From an uncultured Thermoplasmata archaeon (GTDB lineage Archaea > Thermoplasmatota > Thermoplasmata > Lutacidiplasmatales > UBA184), in contig CAVZDD010000005.1 of NCBI GenBank assembly GCA_963773945.1, positions 908,163-972,162 of the forward strand: a stretch of 64,000 bases of DNA, read 5' to 3'. Below are positions 18,602 to 28,982 of the stretch, piece after piece. The translations under genes and the position numbers were made by a program. Position 1 is the first letter of the stretch, and every line of letters begins with the position of its first letter. Under the pieces are notes generated by a model that saw only the letters and a list, made by a program, of their open reading frames with translations, searched no databases and was not told the origin of the DNA.

Positions 18602-20023
18602 GTGATGAAGGGCAGGATGGCCGATGCCGGCCTCTTCCTCCTGATTTTCCTCCTACTCGCCGCGCCCACGATACCTGCCATCGGCGCGTTGGGCGCGGGG
18701 TCGTCGGCCTCCGCGCGGAGCGGGCGCGGGACCTTCGAAGGAGTCGCCGCCGACCTTCCTGGGAAGTTCGCCTTCGTTTCCAACTTCGAGGACCATCGCT
18801 GGGATGGGTGGACCGTCTCCAAGGGGGTTGCCTCCGTAACGGCGTATCCATCGTACGGTGGTGAGCCGGTACTGAGGTCGTGGGCTGGGTGGGACCCGCC
18901 TCAGATTGACCGCACCGCAGTCGGGTTCGTCCGAAACGATACCTTCCTCTCATTCCAGGCCGATGTCCGGGCCGGATCCGATGGGGTCGGTTTCTTCGGC
19001 CTCGACAGCCCGTCCGGTCCGGTTGCCGTAGTCGGAGTCGGCGAAGGCCAAGTCTGGGCGGGGGCAACCCCCGCCTCGGCGGTCGCCCTCGGTACCATTC
19101 CGACTGGAACGGCCCAGCCGGCGGGGTGGGTCTATCTCCTCGCGAACGTTTTCCAGAAGGGTTCCGGGGATTCGGCCCACTGGACCATGTCGGTATTCAT
19201 CGACCAAACGGCGGCCGTTGCGCGGTGGGGGATTCGGCTGCCAGACGCCGGACAATATGACGGGGCGATCCTCGAGACCGAACGCGGGACGGTGGACTAC
19301 ACTAACCTCATCTTCACGACGTACCAGATCGCGTTGCTCGCCCCGTACTCGATCTACAACCCGATGGATGGCTATGGCCAAGGTATGGGACTCAACGTGC
19401 AGCTCCTTCCGGCGTACACCACACTGTCTGCAGACTTTACCCTAGACAACTGGTCGGTGCCGGTCCATGGCATTCTGAGTTTCCAAATCAATGCCATGAA
19501 TTACATCGGCACGGTGGGCACCAGTTGCCAGGGGTTCTTCCAGATTGGAATCGACTTGGACCCCGGTGGTAAGATTGCTCCCTGGTATGTGTACCGCGGC
19601 TGCAACCCGCACTACTTTGGGCACACGGGGCCCCAGGGGGCCTGGACAGGCTTTCCGTCGCCGGCCGGCACGCGACTCGGCCTCTCGATTCGGGACAACC
19701 TCGCGGCTCAGGCCGTCGAATTCCAGATTGTAGACTGGTCGGTTACCGGTAAGGACCGGTACTGGAACGCAACGATTCCCTACTCCGGCGGTATGTTCTA
19801 CAGCACGTTCACTCAAGTGGAATGGCAGACGTACTCGGGATTCCCTATCGACGCGTACCATTTCAACGGCACCATGCGTGCCCTCACAGTGAGCGGAGGG
19901 GTTCTGAGCAGGCCGATGCGGCTGTCGGCCGAGTACATGCTGCCCATCGTGCTCGACGCACCCCCCTCCTGGAACCTGTTCTACTACGATGACGCCACCG
20001 CCGGCTACCCGCAGCTGTCCTAA
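18602..20023 (+). CDS. Secreted hypothetical protein (473 aa)
   Basis: Signal peptide MMKGRMADAGLFLLIFLLLAAPTIPAIGALGA; Trp/Gly/Tyr-rich beta-type sequence; no motif recognised. Confidence 0.5.
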   Translation: MMKGRMADAGLFLLIFLLLAAPTIPAIGALGAGSSASARSGRGTFEGVAADLPGKFAFVSNFEDHRWDGWTVSKGVASVTAYPSYGGEPVLRSWAGWDPPQIDRTAVGFVRNDTFLSFQADVRAGSDGVGFFGLDSPSGPVAVVGVGEGQVWAGATPASAVALGTIPTGTAQPAGWVYLLANVFQKGSGDSAHWTMSVFIDQTAAVARWGIRLPDAGQYDGAILETERGTVDYTNLIFTTYQIALLAPYSIYNPMDGYGQGMGLNVQLLPAYTTLSADFTLDNWSVPVHGILSFQINAMNYIGTVGTSCQGFFQIGIDLDPGGKIAPWYVYRGCNPHYFGHTGPQGAWTGFPSPAGTRLGLSIRDNLAAQAVEFQIVDWSVTGKDRYWNATIPYSGGMFYSTFTQVEWQTYSGFPIDAYHFNGTMRALTVSGGVLSRPMRLSAEYMLPIVLDAPPSWNLFYYDDATAGYPQLS

Positions 20024-20356
20024 GGCCCCTCCTGGGGGTACCGTTCCTCTCTCCGCGCCCGGACACGCTCGCCGAGCCGCCGGACGGGTCGTTTGATCCA
20101 TTCGTTAACGAGTTTGCGCAACCCCGAAGCAGTAGAGCGTCCAGCCGGACCCATCCGTCAGATGGGCTTAGAAGTGGATTCGTTTCCGCGCACTCCGAAA
20201 ACCTGCGACCGACCGTGCGCTCTCTCCATGCCAGGTTCGTTCCGTCCATCCCGGGCGGATTCCCCTCGCTGATCGCTCAGTCCCACCTAGATTAGACCGC
20301 AGCTTTGGAAAGGGGTCCCCTACCCGCGGGGATATGAACTTCCGGCACCGGCGGCC

Positions 20357-21199
20357 TCAGCCCGGCTTGCGTGCGAAGACGATGACGCCTTCGCCGGGTA
20401 TCGAGAGGCCCTCGGGCGTTTTCCACTGGGCAAGATTCGCTCGGGTCTTGCGAAGGACTTCCTGCTGAATGTCCTCCGATTCCTCCGAGAGCGAATGTCC
20501 GATCGGCGTGGCCTTCAGTATCGCCTGGAAATAGGCCTCCGCGTCGTCGAATTTGAGGGAGTATTGCCGGCGATCCTCGGTAGCGTCCTGGAATCCCGCG
20601 CTTTCGAGGAACGCAACCATCTCCCCCGGCCCCCCGGTTTCGTAGGGAGTCGGAATGTAACCCGTCTCATCCGGCTCGGCGTGCTCGAGCATGGGCCCTA
20701 TGATCGCATGAATCCACGGTACTTTGTCACCGGTACTCCAAACGCTGACTGCGATCCGACCACCGGGCCGAAGCACCCGACGAGCCTCGGCGGCGGCCTT
20801 CTCCGGATCCGTGAAGATCTGGAACCCGAAGCTGCTGACGGCCGCATCATACGTTTCGTCGGGAAAATTGAGCTCCCCGCAGTCCATGGTTCGAAAATCG
20901 ACGTTGTTTACTCCCCGGGCACCCGCCACTCGTTGGGCAATCGACACCATGTTTTCCGAAAGGTCGATGCCAATGACGTGACCCGTAGCTCCCACCCGCC
21001 TCGCGATCGTGATGGCCGGCTCTCCCGGTCCGGTGCCCATATCCAGGATGCGCTCCCCGGCCCGGGGGGCTAATCGAGCCACGAGGTCGGAACGGAACGG
21101 CTCAAGATTCCTCAGCAGTCCGACATACGCTTCGGCGCTTTCATTCCACGTCACTCGGGTGTATTCCCGATAGTACTCGTCAGTGTACTTCCAAGGCAT
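20357..21199 (-). CDS. Class I SAM-dependent methyltransferase (UbiE/COQ5-like)
   Basis: Motif I ILDMGTGPGEPAI, post-I acidic residue (GIDLSENM), motif IV-like region; internal ATG of ORF 20357..21346. Confidence 0.65.
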   Translation of the reverse strand: MPWKYTDEYYREYTRVTWNESAEAYVGLLRNLEPFRSDLVARLAPRAGERILDMGTGPGEPAITIARRVGATGHVIGIDLSENMVSIAQRVAGARGVNNVDFRTMDCGELNFPDETYDAAVSSFGFQIFTDPEKAAAEARRVLRPGGRIAVSVWSTGDKVPWIHAIIGPMLEHAEPDETGYIPTPYETGGPGEMVAFLESAGFQDATEDRRQYSLKFDDAEAYFQAILKATPIGHSLSEESEDIQQEVLRKTRANLAQWKTPEGLSIPGEGVIVFARKPG

Positions 21200-21730
21200 C
21201 TGCAGTCGGGGTCGGGAAGCGTGCCGGCCTATTTTATGGTGCACCTTTTGTGAGGTTCGGGTCGTCGCCGAGCCTACGAATCGACACCGGAAATTAACTT
21301 CGTGGGTCCCCCTACCCCCGAAAAGCATAATGATCGAACAAGACAAGAATCAGACACCCGAACCCCGAGTCTGACCGCTTTGAAGGCGCCATTCGAAAGG
21401 AGTCCAGCGCCTCCAGTCCCCTGAGGGTTTCTCTTTCGAATGTCGTCGCTTGCTGCGTTCACGCGCCCCTGCACCGAGCCCTATAGTTCTTTGGGCTCGA
21501 AGGGGAACGCCCTGCCACGAAGTTGCCGGAGCGCGGCGCGGCGGGGGTAGGACCCCCCCGAGGTTGACGAGCGGGCCCCCGCAAACGGCCACCGGGCAGC
21601 TTGGTGAACACTCCGGTTTGACCCCGACAAAACCTCGGTAGGCGCTTCCGACCGCATCCCAGAAGCAGGTTCAAATGCCGCAAGCACAAGGTAGATACCA
21701 CAGTAGGTTATACGGCGCCTGGGGAACACC

Positions 21731-23929
21731 TTGCTCCCACATGTAGCAAAAGAAGTTAGATGGCTAACCTTTTCAGTCGTAATTTTGGCGACCTTGGCCT
21801 GGGCCGGTTTCGGTTTGGGAACGGGCGTGGCGAATTCGCCTAGTGCGGCGGCGGAAATTGCTCCAACGGCCACGCTCGCGACCGCCTCGGTCCCTGTCCC
21901 ATTGACCGTCACGACATCGAGCCTAGGGGTTTACACACCGACATTCGTCGGGCCCGCGAGCGCCGGTTGTAATTTGCCCGGTTGCTCCTTGCTCACCGGG
22001 CCGTTCGGTCCTTACACTCCGAACAGCAATCCGGTAGTACCGGTAACCCAAAGCAGTGACAACCTCGCGCCTTCCACATCCGAACCCAACACCCCTCAGA
22101 ATACCGCGGACGACATCGATCCTTCGCTACCGGGTTCCGATCCGGGACTCATTCCTGTCATCAGTTGCCAGCCCCAAGGCCCCGGGTGCGACACCATCAG
22201 CGCCTCTTCGGGCGGCGCCACCGGCGTGAAGGGTCTGGACGCGGTCGACAGCGCGACGCTCTACAACGAGGACATCGAGCCGGCGGACCAGGGCCTCTGC
22301 GCAGGGAATGGCTACGCGTTAGAAACCAACAACATTGGCGAGGTCCTAATCTTCAACAGCGCCCTAGCACGCGTGTCCGCGCCCTTGTCCCTGGACAGCC
22401 TTATGGGCCTCACCGAGAGGGGCTGGAGCAGCGGCGGGGACGTTTCCTGCCTCTACGATTACGCCAACGGCGGGCACTGGTTCTTCACGGAAATCGTGTC
22501 GGCCACCAGCGAGTCTATCGGCGGCACCTTTGCGGGATGCTTCGCGGGTGTAGCTGATACCTGCTACGAAGGGATTGCGGTTAGCGAAGGTTCGAACCCC
22601 TTTGGCCCGTACCACAGCTACTTCCTGAACGCGAACTACAATCCGTTCGAGCCGGGCTACCCCTACGAACTGAATGACTTCGCCAAGATTGGGAGCACCC
22701 AGGACGCGTTCCTCGTCTTCTACGACGAGTTCCCGCTGTTCTGCGGTGGGTTCGGCGAAGGATGCTTCAATGGAGCGCAAGAGTTCGCCTTTGACAAGAA
22801 CGCGCTGGAGCTCGCAAAGCCCGCGAAGAAGGTCAACGTCGCCGTCGAGAACATGGGTACCCTACCGACGCCGAATGGAACCTGTCCCTCCGACGACATG
22901 TTCGGCGAGGGAGGGATCACTTGCTGGTACGCCGTGATTCCCGCGCAGTCTCCGGACCCGACCCAGTACGACAACAGCCACGGGGGCTCGGGGTTCATGC
23001 TCGAGTCGCTGGACTTCTATGGCGCGGGAGACAACCGGATCGCGGTCTTCGACTGGACCGGACTCAGCGATCTCAACAGCAAGGGCTGCAGCACCTGCGC
23101 TGGGATCCAGTTTGGTGGCCAGCTGTTCTCGGGCGTGAATTCGTACTACAATCCGGGAGTCATCGCTCCCCAGAAGAGCGGATGGACTCCGCTGGGCCAC
23201 GAGTGCGGAGCCGCGGGCCTCACGAACGCGACCATCGAGCCGAAGTGCCCCGAGGGCGGGATCGCTACCAACGGGGACGACTTCACCCAGGTCTCGTACG
23301 CGAACGGACAGATCTGGGGCTCCCTTTCCACGGTGGTCAGTCAAACGTTCCATAAGGGACCCGGATGCCCGTGCTCCGAATACCACGTCGGCGCCGCGTA
23401 CTACGTGGTCGGCACCAGCTCCTTTGACTCGGGTGGGGGCTTCAGCCTGACCAGCCAGGGGTACGTGACCGCCATGCACGAAGAGATGGAGTTCCCGGCC
23501 ATCGCCGCAGAAGGCACCTTGGGCCAGGACGGCGGAAACGGAATGGCCGTCCTCACCTTCTCGCTCTCCGGGAATGGTGGACCGACCGGGGCGGATAATG
23601 GGGGATTCTTCCCCAGCACCGCGTACGGATGGCTCTCCACCTCTTCCAACGGGCTGGTGGGGTCTGTGGTCTACATTGCCGACCGGGGCCAAGCGGCTCA
23701 GGACGGGTTCACGGAGTACCAGGGCCTGCCCGGTGGTACGCGCCCCCGCTGGGGCGACTACAGCTGGGCGATCTTCGTGCCGTTCTCGGGGGGCACGGTC
23801 TACTTCAGCACTAACTACATCCAATCCCACAACTGCGCGGCCCCGATGTTCACCTTGACCATCGGGACGTGCGGCGGGACGCGGGACGGATACGCCAACT
23901 GGGGGACGTCAGTAAACTACGTCACGTAG
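21731..23929 (+). CDS. Large secreted Gly/Cys-rich hypothetical protein (732 aa)
   Basis: N-terminal signal anchor LTFSVVILATLAWAGFGLGTG; about 20 Cys including CxxC-like pairs (GCSTCAG, CPCSEYH); no recognised catalytic motif. Confidence 0.5.
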   Translation: MLPHVAKEVRWLTFSVVILATLAWAGFGLGTGVANSPSAAAEIAPTATLATASVPVPLTVTTSSLGVYTPTFVGPASAGCNLPGCSLLTGPFGPYTPNSNPVVPVTQSSDNLAPSTSEPNTPQNTADDIDPSLPGSDPGLIPVISCQPQGPGCDTISASSGGATGVKGLDAVDSATLYNEDIEPADQGLCAGNGYALETNNIGEVLIFNSALARVSAPLSLDSLMGLTERGWSSGGDVSCLYDYANGGHWFFTEIVSATSESIGGTFAGCFAGVADTCYEGIAVSEGSNPFGPYHSYFLNANYNPFEPGYPYELNDFAKIGSTQDAFLVFYDEFPLFCGGFGEGCFNGAQEFAFDKNALELAKPAKKVNVAVENMGTLPTPNGTCPSDDMFGEGGITCWYAVIPAQSPDPTQYDNSHGGSGFMLESLDFYGAGDNRIAVFDWTGLSDLNSKGCSTCAGIQFGGQLFSGVNSYYNPGVIAPQKSGWTPLGHECGAAGLTNATIEPKCPEGGIATNGDDFTQVSYANGQIWGSLSTVVSQTFHKGPGCPCSEYHVGAAYYVVGTSSFDSGGGFSLTSQGYVTAMHEEMEFPAIAAEGTLGQDGGNGMAVLTFSLSGNGGPTGADNGGFFPSTAYGWLSTSSNGLVGSVVYIADRGQAAQDGFTEYQGLPGGTRPRWGDYSWAIFVPFSGGTVYFSTNYIQSHNCAAPMFTLTIGTCGGTRDGYANWGTSVNYVT

Positions 23930-23940
23930 GAACCAACTCC

Positions 23941-23976
23941 GGGCGGGCGGTCGTCTACCGCCCGCCCTCTTTTTTT
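23941..23976 (+). terminator. Hairpin plus T-tract terminator-like element after the 21731..23929 gene
   Basis: gggcgggcgg-tcgtcta-ccgcccgccc (perfect 10-bp stem, 7-nt loop) followed by tcttttttt, 12 bp after the stop codon. Confidence 0.5.
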
Positions 23977-25100
23977 CATAGTGGGACCGATCGCGGGTCG
24001 CCGTCAAATTCCGAATGAATTCAATGTCAAATGGGGAACGCGGCCCATAACCGATCTGGTTGCGCAGGGCCGGTCTGTGTATGGACCCCTCTCGCCGTGT
24101 TAGGGCGGGCCTGTTTCAGATCGGGATCTAATCCTTCAGAGACGAACGTCGCTCTCTTTCATGCCCACCCGGCGCCTAGGCCAACGGCCCCACCCATTGT
24201 TAGAGAGGCTGGCCACTCCCCGTGCGAGTGGAAGACCCCCCCGGGCAAATTGGATTCCCGGCACGGAGACCTAGCTCTAACTCGGAAAGACGCCCCAATC
24301 GAGTCGTCCATAGGCGGTTTATTTTACAGCGATGGACCTATGGGGAGTAGATGCCCGGGCAGAATCCGCGGGTCCGAGACCGCTGGGTCCATGACCTCTC
24401 GGAGGATCGCGAGGTTAAGGACCTCCGCGAGCAATCAGGCCGGCGGGACCTAAACCACGACCGGGGGACGCGCGACGTCGTCAACGACCTCGGCCGCCGG
24501 GAGCTCGAACGCCTGGGGGTCAAGGCGGCTTCCGCGCTCATCCTCCCGGCCTCCACGGCAATCTCGGGGGGCGTGCTCAGGGCATTGCCCCGTAGGAAAA
24601 CACGAGGCGCGCGTGGTCGACGTCGCGTGACGAAACAGCGCACTTGAGCTGGGTCCTTCGGAGCGGGAAGAAGCCGTTTAACTGGAGGAGGCCGCCCCCG
24701 CCCTCCGGTCCACAAGCTCGACCCCCTGTACCGTAGCGGGACCCCGCCCCGAGCTCCGGATCTGCCCGACTGGTACTAGGAAACGGGGTTTCCCATGGGC
24801 TCGTCACAAGACCGGGTCTGTCCCAGAACCCCGTCGTCTGCGCACTGCTCCTCTCAGACTGGGGCACTGCTACGGGATTCGGCGGCGCGATGGCGACGCG
24901 TTGCCTACCCTCGCAGCGCCCCACCCCGTGAGCGAGCGCCCTAGCTTCCGACCGACCCCAGGACCACCGACTGGGCGGGCATCGAGAACCCTTTGCCCAG
25001 GTGGGCGATGGTGGTCGTGGTCATTCCCGACGCCGTGAGGGTGTACATCGTCCCCCCGCCCGGGCGAACGTGTCGTGCGCGGCCGGGCAGGACAATGAGT

Positions 25101-26594
25101 CTACCCCACGATCTCGCCCGCGCATTCCGCGAAGACCTTGGTATGACGGTCCACATCGGATCTCCTCGTGGCGGGGCACATCAGGGCCATGTTGTGGAAT
25201 GGCGTTAGAAGGATCCCGCGGTTCAGCGCGTAAAGATGGACGAACCGGTCCAAGTCGGAGTCCTTCGAGGCGATCGCCTCGCCGCCGTTGTGGGCCGGTG
25301 TCGGACGGAAACGATACTCCGCGCGCGCCCCCAATCGAATCACATGCCAGGGTAGCTCAAACTCCCGGATGGTGCGCTCGACTCCGTCCGTCCAACGCTT
25401 CGCCAGCGGGATCATGTGCCGGTAGGCGGCCGGAGTGATCACATGCTCCAGAGTTGCTCGCATGGCGGCGGCGGCCACGGGATTGCCGGAGAGAGTTCCT
25501 CCGATGCCGCTCTCATCCCCTGTGTCCGCTTGGGCCTTCGGAAGGCTGGGCTCTGCGATCCCCGCCCCCATGCCGAAGGCGGCGGCCGGAATGCCACTGG
25601 CGATAGGCTTCCCCACCGTGATCATGTCGGGGTGCAGGCCGTGGGCCCGCGTGTACCCGCCCGGCCCCTCGCAGAGCGTGTGCGTCTCGTCGATGATCAA
25701 CAGGGTTCCGGTTCGGCGAGTGATCTCTCGGAGATGGTCGTGGTAGCCGGGGTCGGGAAGGATGATCCCTTGATTCGTCATCGCCGGCTCGGCCAGCACC
25801 GCCGCGACGTCGCGGGGGGCGAGGGCCTGCTCGAGTGCCGGCACGTCGTTGAACTCGATCAATTTGGTCGTCAGGGAAGGATCGACGGGGGGACCGATGC
25901 TGCCCGGGTTCGGGCCGATCCGGCCATTCTCGAGTTCGACCAGCGCCTCGTCGACGCTGCCGTGATAACAGCCGTTGAAGACCAGGATCTTGGGGCGGCC
26001 GGAAACTTCCCGGGCGATCCGGATGGCAAAACGATTCGCGTCCGTGGCCGTCATGGCGAGCTGCCAGTACGGAAGCCCGAAACGCCGCGACAGTTCGTGC
26101 CCCACCCAGACCGAATCTTCCGTGGGAAGCATCGTGGTGATTCCCCGCCGGATCTGCCGATTGATCGCCCGGACGACGACCGGAGGCGAATGGCCGAACA
26201 TCGCCCCCGTATCCCCGAGGCAGAAGTCCACGTACCGGTGTCCATCGACATCCCAGATTTGAGCTCCGGTGGCCCGTTCCACGAAAACCGGATAGGGACC
26301 GGCCCACCGGGCCATCCAATTCATCGGGACGCCGGCCAACAACGACCGTCGAGCCCGCTCGAAAAGTTCCCGGGACCGAGGGTGCTCCTCCTCAAAGTTC
26401 AGCAGTTCCTTCGCGGTTAATCGAGCGAGTCGAACACGGTCGATCGTTCGACCGCCAGCCACACTTGACGACCGATCCTGAGCGGAAGACCGCGCGGGTC
26501 TTGGGGCGGATTTTCTACTGGGTCGTCCGGCAACGAGGCGGGGCATGGCGACCCTAACGGTCGGCCTATCTAAGTCTCCCGTCCGAAGAGTCAT
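25101..26594 (-). CDS. Class-III (PLP-dependent) aminotransferase, glutamate-1-semialdehyde aminomutase-like
   Basis: GCYHGS, LLIIDETHT, and the PLP-lysine context ITVGKPIASG; ~440-aa core. Exact start uncertain. Confidence 0.7.
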   Translation of the reverse strand: MTLRTGDLDRPTVRVAMPRLVAGRPSRKSAPRPARSSAQDRSSSVAGGRTIDRVRLARLTAKELLNFEEEHPRSRELFERARRSLLAGVPMNWMARWAGPYPVFVERATGAQIWDVDGHRYVDFCLGDTGAMFGHSPPVVVRAINRQIRRGITTMLPTEDSVWVGHELSRRFGLPYWQLAMTATDANRFAIRIAREVSGRPKILVFNGCYHGSVDEALVELENGRIGPNPGSIGPPVDPSLTTKLIEFNDVPALEQALAPRDVAAVLAEPAMTNQGIILPDPGYHDHLREITRRTGTLLIIDETHTLCEGPGGYTRAHGLHPDMITVGKPIASGIPAAAFGMGAGIAEPSLPKAQADTGDESGIGGTLSGNPVAAAAMRATLEHVITPAAYRHMIPLAKRWTDGVERTIREFELPWHVIRLGARAEYRFRPTPAHNGGEAIASKDSDLDRFVHLYALNRGILLTPFHNMALMCPATRRSDVDRHTKVFAECAGEIVG

Positions 26595-26612
26595 GCGGAA
26601 CAGCGACCCAGA

Positions 26613-27046
26613 CTAGAGAGTTGGCGACCAGTACGAGAGTGTCACATTCACGTAAACGCGTCCGCCGGCGGGCTCCACCACCCCGAGCGGGAACGCCCCG
26701 CAAGTTGCAACGATGAACGTCGTAGAGCCGTGGGCGGAGACGCTGCTCCAGAGCAGGGTTCCGGCGGGGTCGTAGATCGTGAAGTGAACTTCAGGGGCCT
26801 GCACGGCCGCGTAGGACGCGTTTGCGCGGGCTCCCGCTGGGCAGAGCGACGCGGCGAAGGTGACGTTCAACAGTCCCGAACCCGACGCCCCATATCCGAA
26901 GGAGGACATCTCCAAGACCGGGACGGTGGCCAACACCGCGGAGACTGCGACCACGGTGGCGACCACGATGACAAAGGCGAGGAGGATCAGCCATCCCCTT
27001 CGGTGGGGTCCCGGGGACCATTGATAATCTAACGCCGCCTTCACGG
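26613..27046 (-). CDS. Small membrane-anchored hypothetical protein, last gene of the znu-like operon
   Basis: WLILLAFVIVVATVVAVSAVLATV TM helix followed by a ~110-aa extracytoplasmic domain with NVT/NAS sequons. Start assigned to an in-frame GTG; low confidence. Confidence 0.3.
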
Positions 27047-27196
27047 GACACGCCCAGGTGCGGGAGAGCAGGGCGGGGAATGCAACGTGCAGCGAGGGAT
27101 CGTCATGGGGGCTCCTACGAAGGGGATCGAGCCGCGGGATAAGATTCTGTGGCCGTGGAGCCCCCTGGCCCATCGACCCGCGATGGACCCGGATTT

Positions 27197-28147
27197 TCAG
27201 GCGGTATCCGTTTCCCCCGTGGGTTCGCCGAGGACGGCGGTTCGGACGGAGGGAGATTTCGAGGCCATTGACTTCGGCGCCCTCTCGGACTTCAACCAGT
27301 GGAAAAACCGCGGCAGCAGGGGGATCACCCGGACAAGAATGTAGGTGACAAACACGATCGTCACGATAAAAAAACTGGTCGGCACCTTGTTCGAGTAGAA
27401 GCCAATGAAGATCCCGGCCCACATGGCACCGAGCGCCACGAGAACGGCAAGGATGACCGCGTAGAGCGGGCGCTTGGCCAGGCGGATCGCGATCGCCGCG
27501 GGCGTCACAGTGAGCGCGAAGATCAGCAGGACGCCGATGATGGTGACCGCGATGGAGATCGCTACGGCGAGCGAGAGCATGAAAATGAGACCCAGCAGCA
27601 GGGTGTGCATCCCCTTGGCCTCGGCCACTTCTTCGTCCAACGAGGCGAATAACAGCTGCCGATAGACGAGCCCCAGCGCCACGAGGACGGGAATCGCAGT
27701 CGCGAGCGTGAACTCCACTTGGCCCGTACTGATGCCGACGATCTCCCCGAAGAGGATCGAGTAAGCTTCGCTCGCAAATCCGTTGTAGTACGCGAGGAAC
27801 AGAACTCCGAGGCCGAGCATGAAGGCCAGCACCGTGCCGATCTCCACATCTCGATGGGAGGCCTTGGAGCCGAGGACGGCGATGCCAGCGCCTGAGACGG
27901 TCGTGAACGCCAGAAGTCCAAAAATGGGGTTGATGCCAAACAGTACAGCACCGGCGGCGCCAGAGAAGCCGACGTGGCCGAGGGCATGGGCGGCGAAGGA
28001 GGATCGGCGCAAAACCACGAGATAACTGACGATGCCGGCGACGACCGCGATGATCGTCCCCGCTTCGAACGCGTTTCGAACGAACTCGAACTGAAGCATG
28101 AAACGAAGGTCGCCGACCAGGTTCCAGCTGAAGCTGTACCCCGTCAT
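27197..28147 (-). CDS. Metal ABC transporter permease (ABC-3 / ZnuB-MntC-TroC family)
   Basis: 8-9 TM helices with typical ABC-3 hydrophobicity pattern; 4-bp overlap with the upstream ATPase gene. Confidence 0.8.
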   Translation of the reverse strand: MTGYSFSWNLVGDLRFMLQFEFVRNAFEAGTIIAVVAGIVSYLVVLRRSSFAAHALGHVGFSGAAGAVLFGINPIFGLLAFTTVSGAGIAVLGSKASHRDVEIGTVLAFMLGLGVLFLAYYNGFASEAYSILFGEIVGISTGQVEFTLATAIPVLVALGLVYRQLLFASLDEEVAEAKGMHTLLLGLIFMLSLAVAISIAVTIIGVLLIFALTVTPAAIAIRLAKRPLYAVILAVLVALGAMWAGIFIGFYSNKVPTSFFIVTIVFVTYILVRVIPLLPRFFHWLKSERAPKSMASKSPSVRTAVLGEPTGETDTA

Positions 28148-28944
28148 GGGTTTTCGTCCTTGTGGGAATCTTCCCCGCCGACGATCACCATGTTGCCACG
28201 GGAATCGTGGAGGACCTCGACTCGGACCCCATAGAGCGCGGTGAGACTATCGGTCGTCAGGACTTCGTTTGGGGCTCCGGTGGCAACGTGGCCGTTGGCA
28301 ATGTAGATGACCTTGTCCAAGCAGTGGATGAGCGGATTGATGTCGTGGGCCACGAGCAGTGTTGCGACGCTCCGAGTGCGCACGAGTCGATTGACCAATT
28401 GAACGAGTTCCTCAGCGCGTCGGATGTCGAGGCTGGCCAGCGGTTCATCTAGCAGCAGCAGTTCGGGACGGCCGGCGAGCGCTTCGGCGAGGAATATCCG
28501 CTGGAGTTCGCCTCCCGAGAGAGCGCCGAGGGATTTCTTCCCGAGTTCCGTGGCGCCTACCGACTCGAGAGCTTCTTCCGCCGCCAGGCGCTCGGCGCGG
28601 AACATCGTCGGGGTTACGTTCGGGATCCAGCGGTTCCCCGAATATCCGAGCCGCACGAGTTGCTCCGCCTCGACGTTGGTGTCCCGGTCCACCGTGTGAC
28701 TCTGGGGGACGTACCCAATCCTCGGGTTGCCCCGGCGAGGGGTGCGTCCAAAGAGCTCTAACTGCCCGGCTTCGGGCCGAACCAAGCCAAGGAGCAGGCG
28801 GAACAGGGTCGTCTTTCCGGCGCCGTTCGGGCCGATGACGGCCACAAACTCACCCCGATTGATTCGAAAATTTGCGTCGCTCCAGACGGTGTGTCCTAGA
28901 TACCCAACTTCGAGGTGGTCGGCGCGGGCGATCTCAACCGGCAC
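28144..28944 (-). CDS. Metal ABC transporter ATP-binding protein (ZnuC/MntB-like)
   Basis: Walker A GPNGAGKTT, Q-loop, signature LSGGELQR, Walker B LLLLDEP, H-loop. Confidence 0.85.
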   Translation of the reverse strand: MPVEIARADHLEVGYLGHTVWSDANFRINRGEFVAVIGPNGAGKTTLFRLLLGLVRPEAGQLELFGRTPRRGNPRIGYVPQSHTVDRDTNVEAEQLVRLGYSGNRWIPNVTPTMFRAERLAAEEALESVGATELGKKSLGALSGGELQRIFLAEALAGRPELLLLDEPLASLDIRRAEELVQLVNRLVRTRSVATLLVAHDINPLIHCLDKVIYIANGHVATGAPNEVLTTDSLTALYGVRVEVLHDSRGNMVIVGGEDSHKDENP

Positions 28945-28982
28945 GGGGCAGGCTCTCCTGCGTCAAGCCTTGGCGCCCCGCA

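Noticed and set aside
23930-25100. RNase P RNA or SRP RNA in the large spacers (also 14535..15452)
   Set aside because: No convincing match to the RNase P P4 strands (GGAAAGUCCGGGC / ACAGAANCCGGCUUA) or to the SRP helix-8 consensus could be found by eye; only weak partial resemblances. Left as an uncalled candidate region for covariance-model search.
25416-26420. ORFs 25416..26420 (+) and 25513..26319 (-) inside the aminotransferase gene
   Set aside because: Alternative frames of the class-III aminotransferase; only the 25101..26594 frame carries PLP-enzyme motifs.
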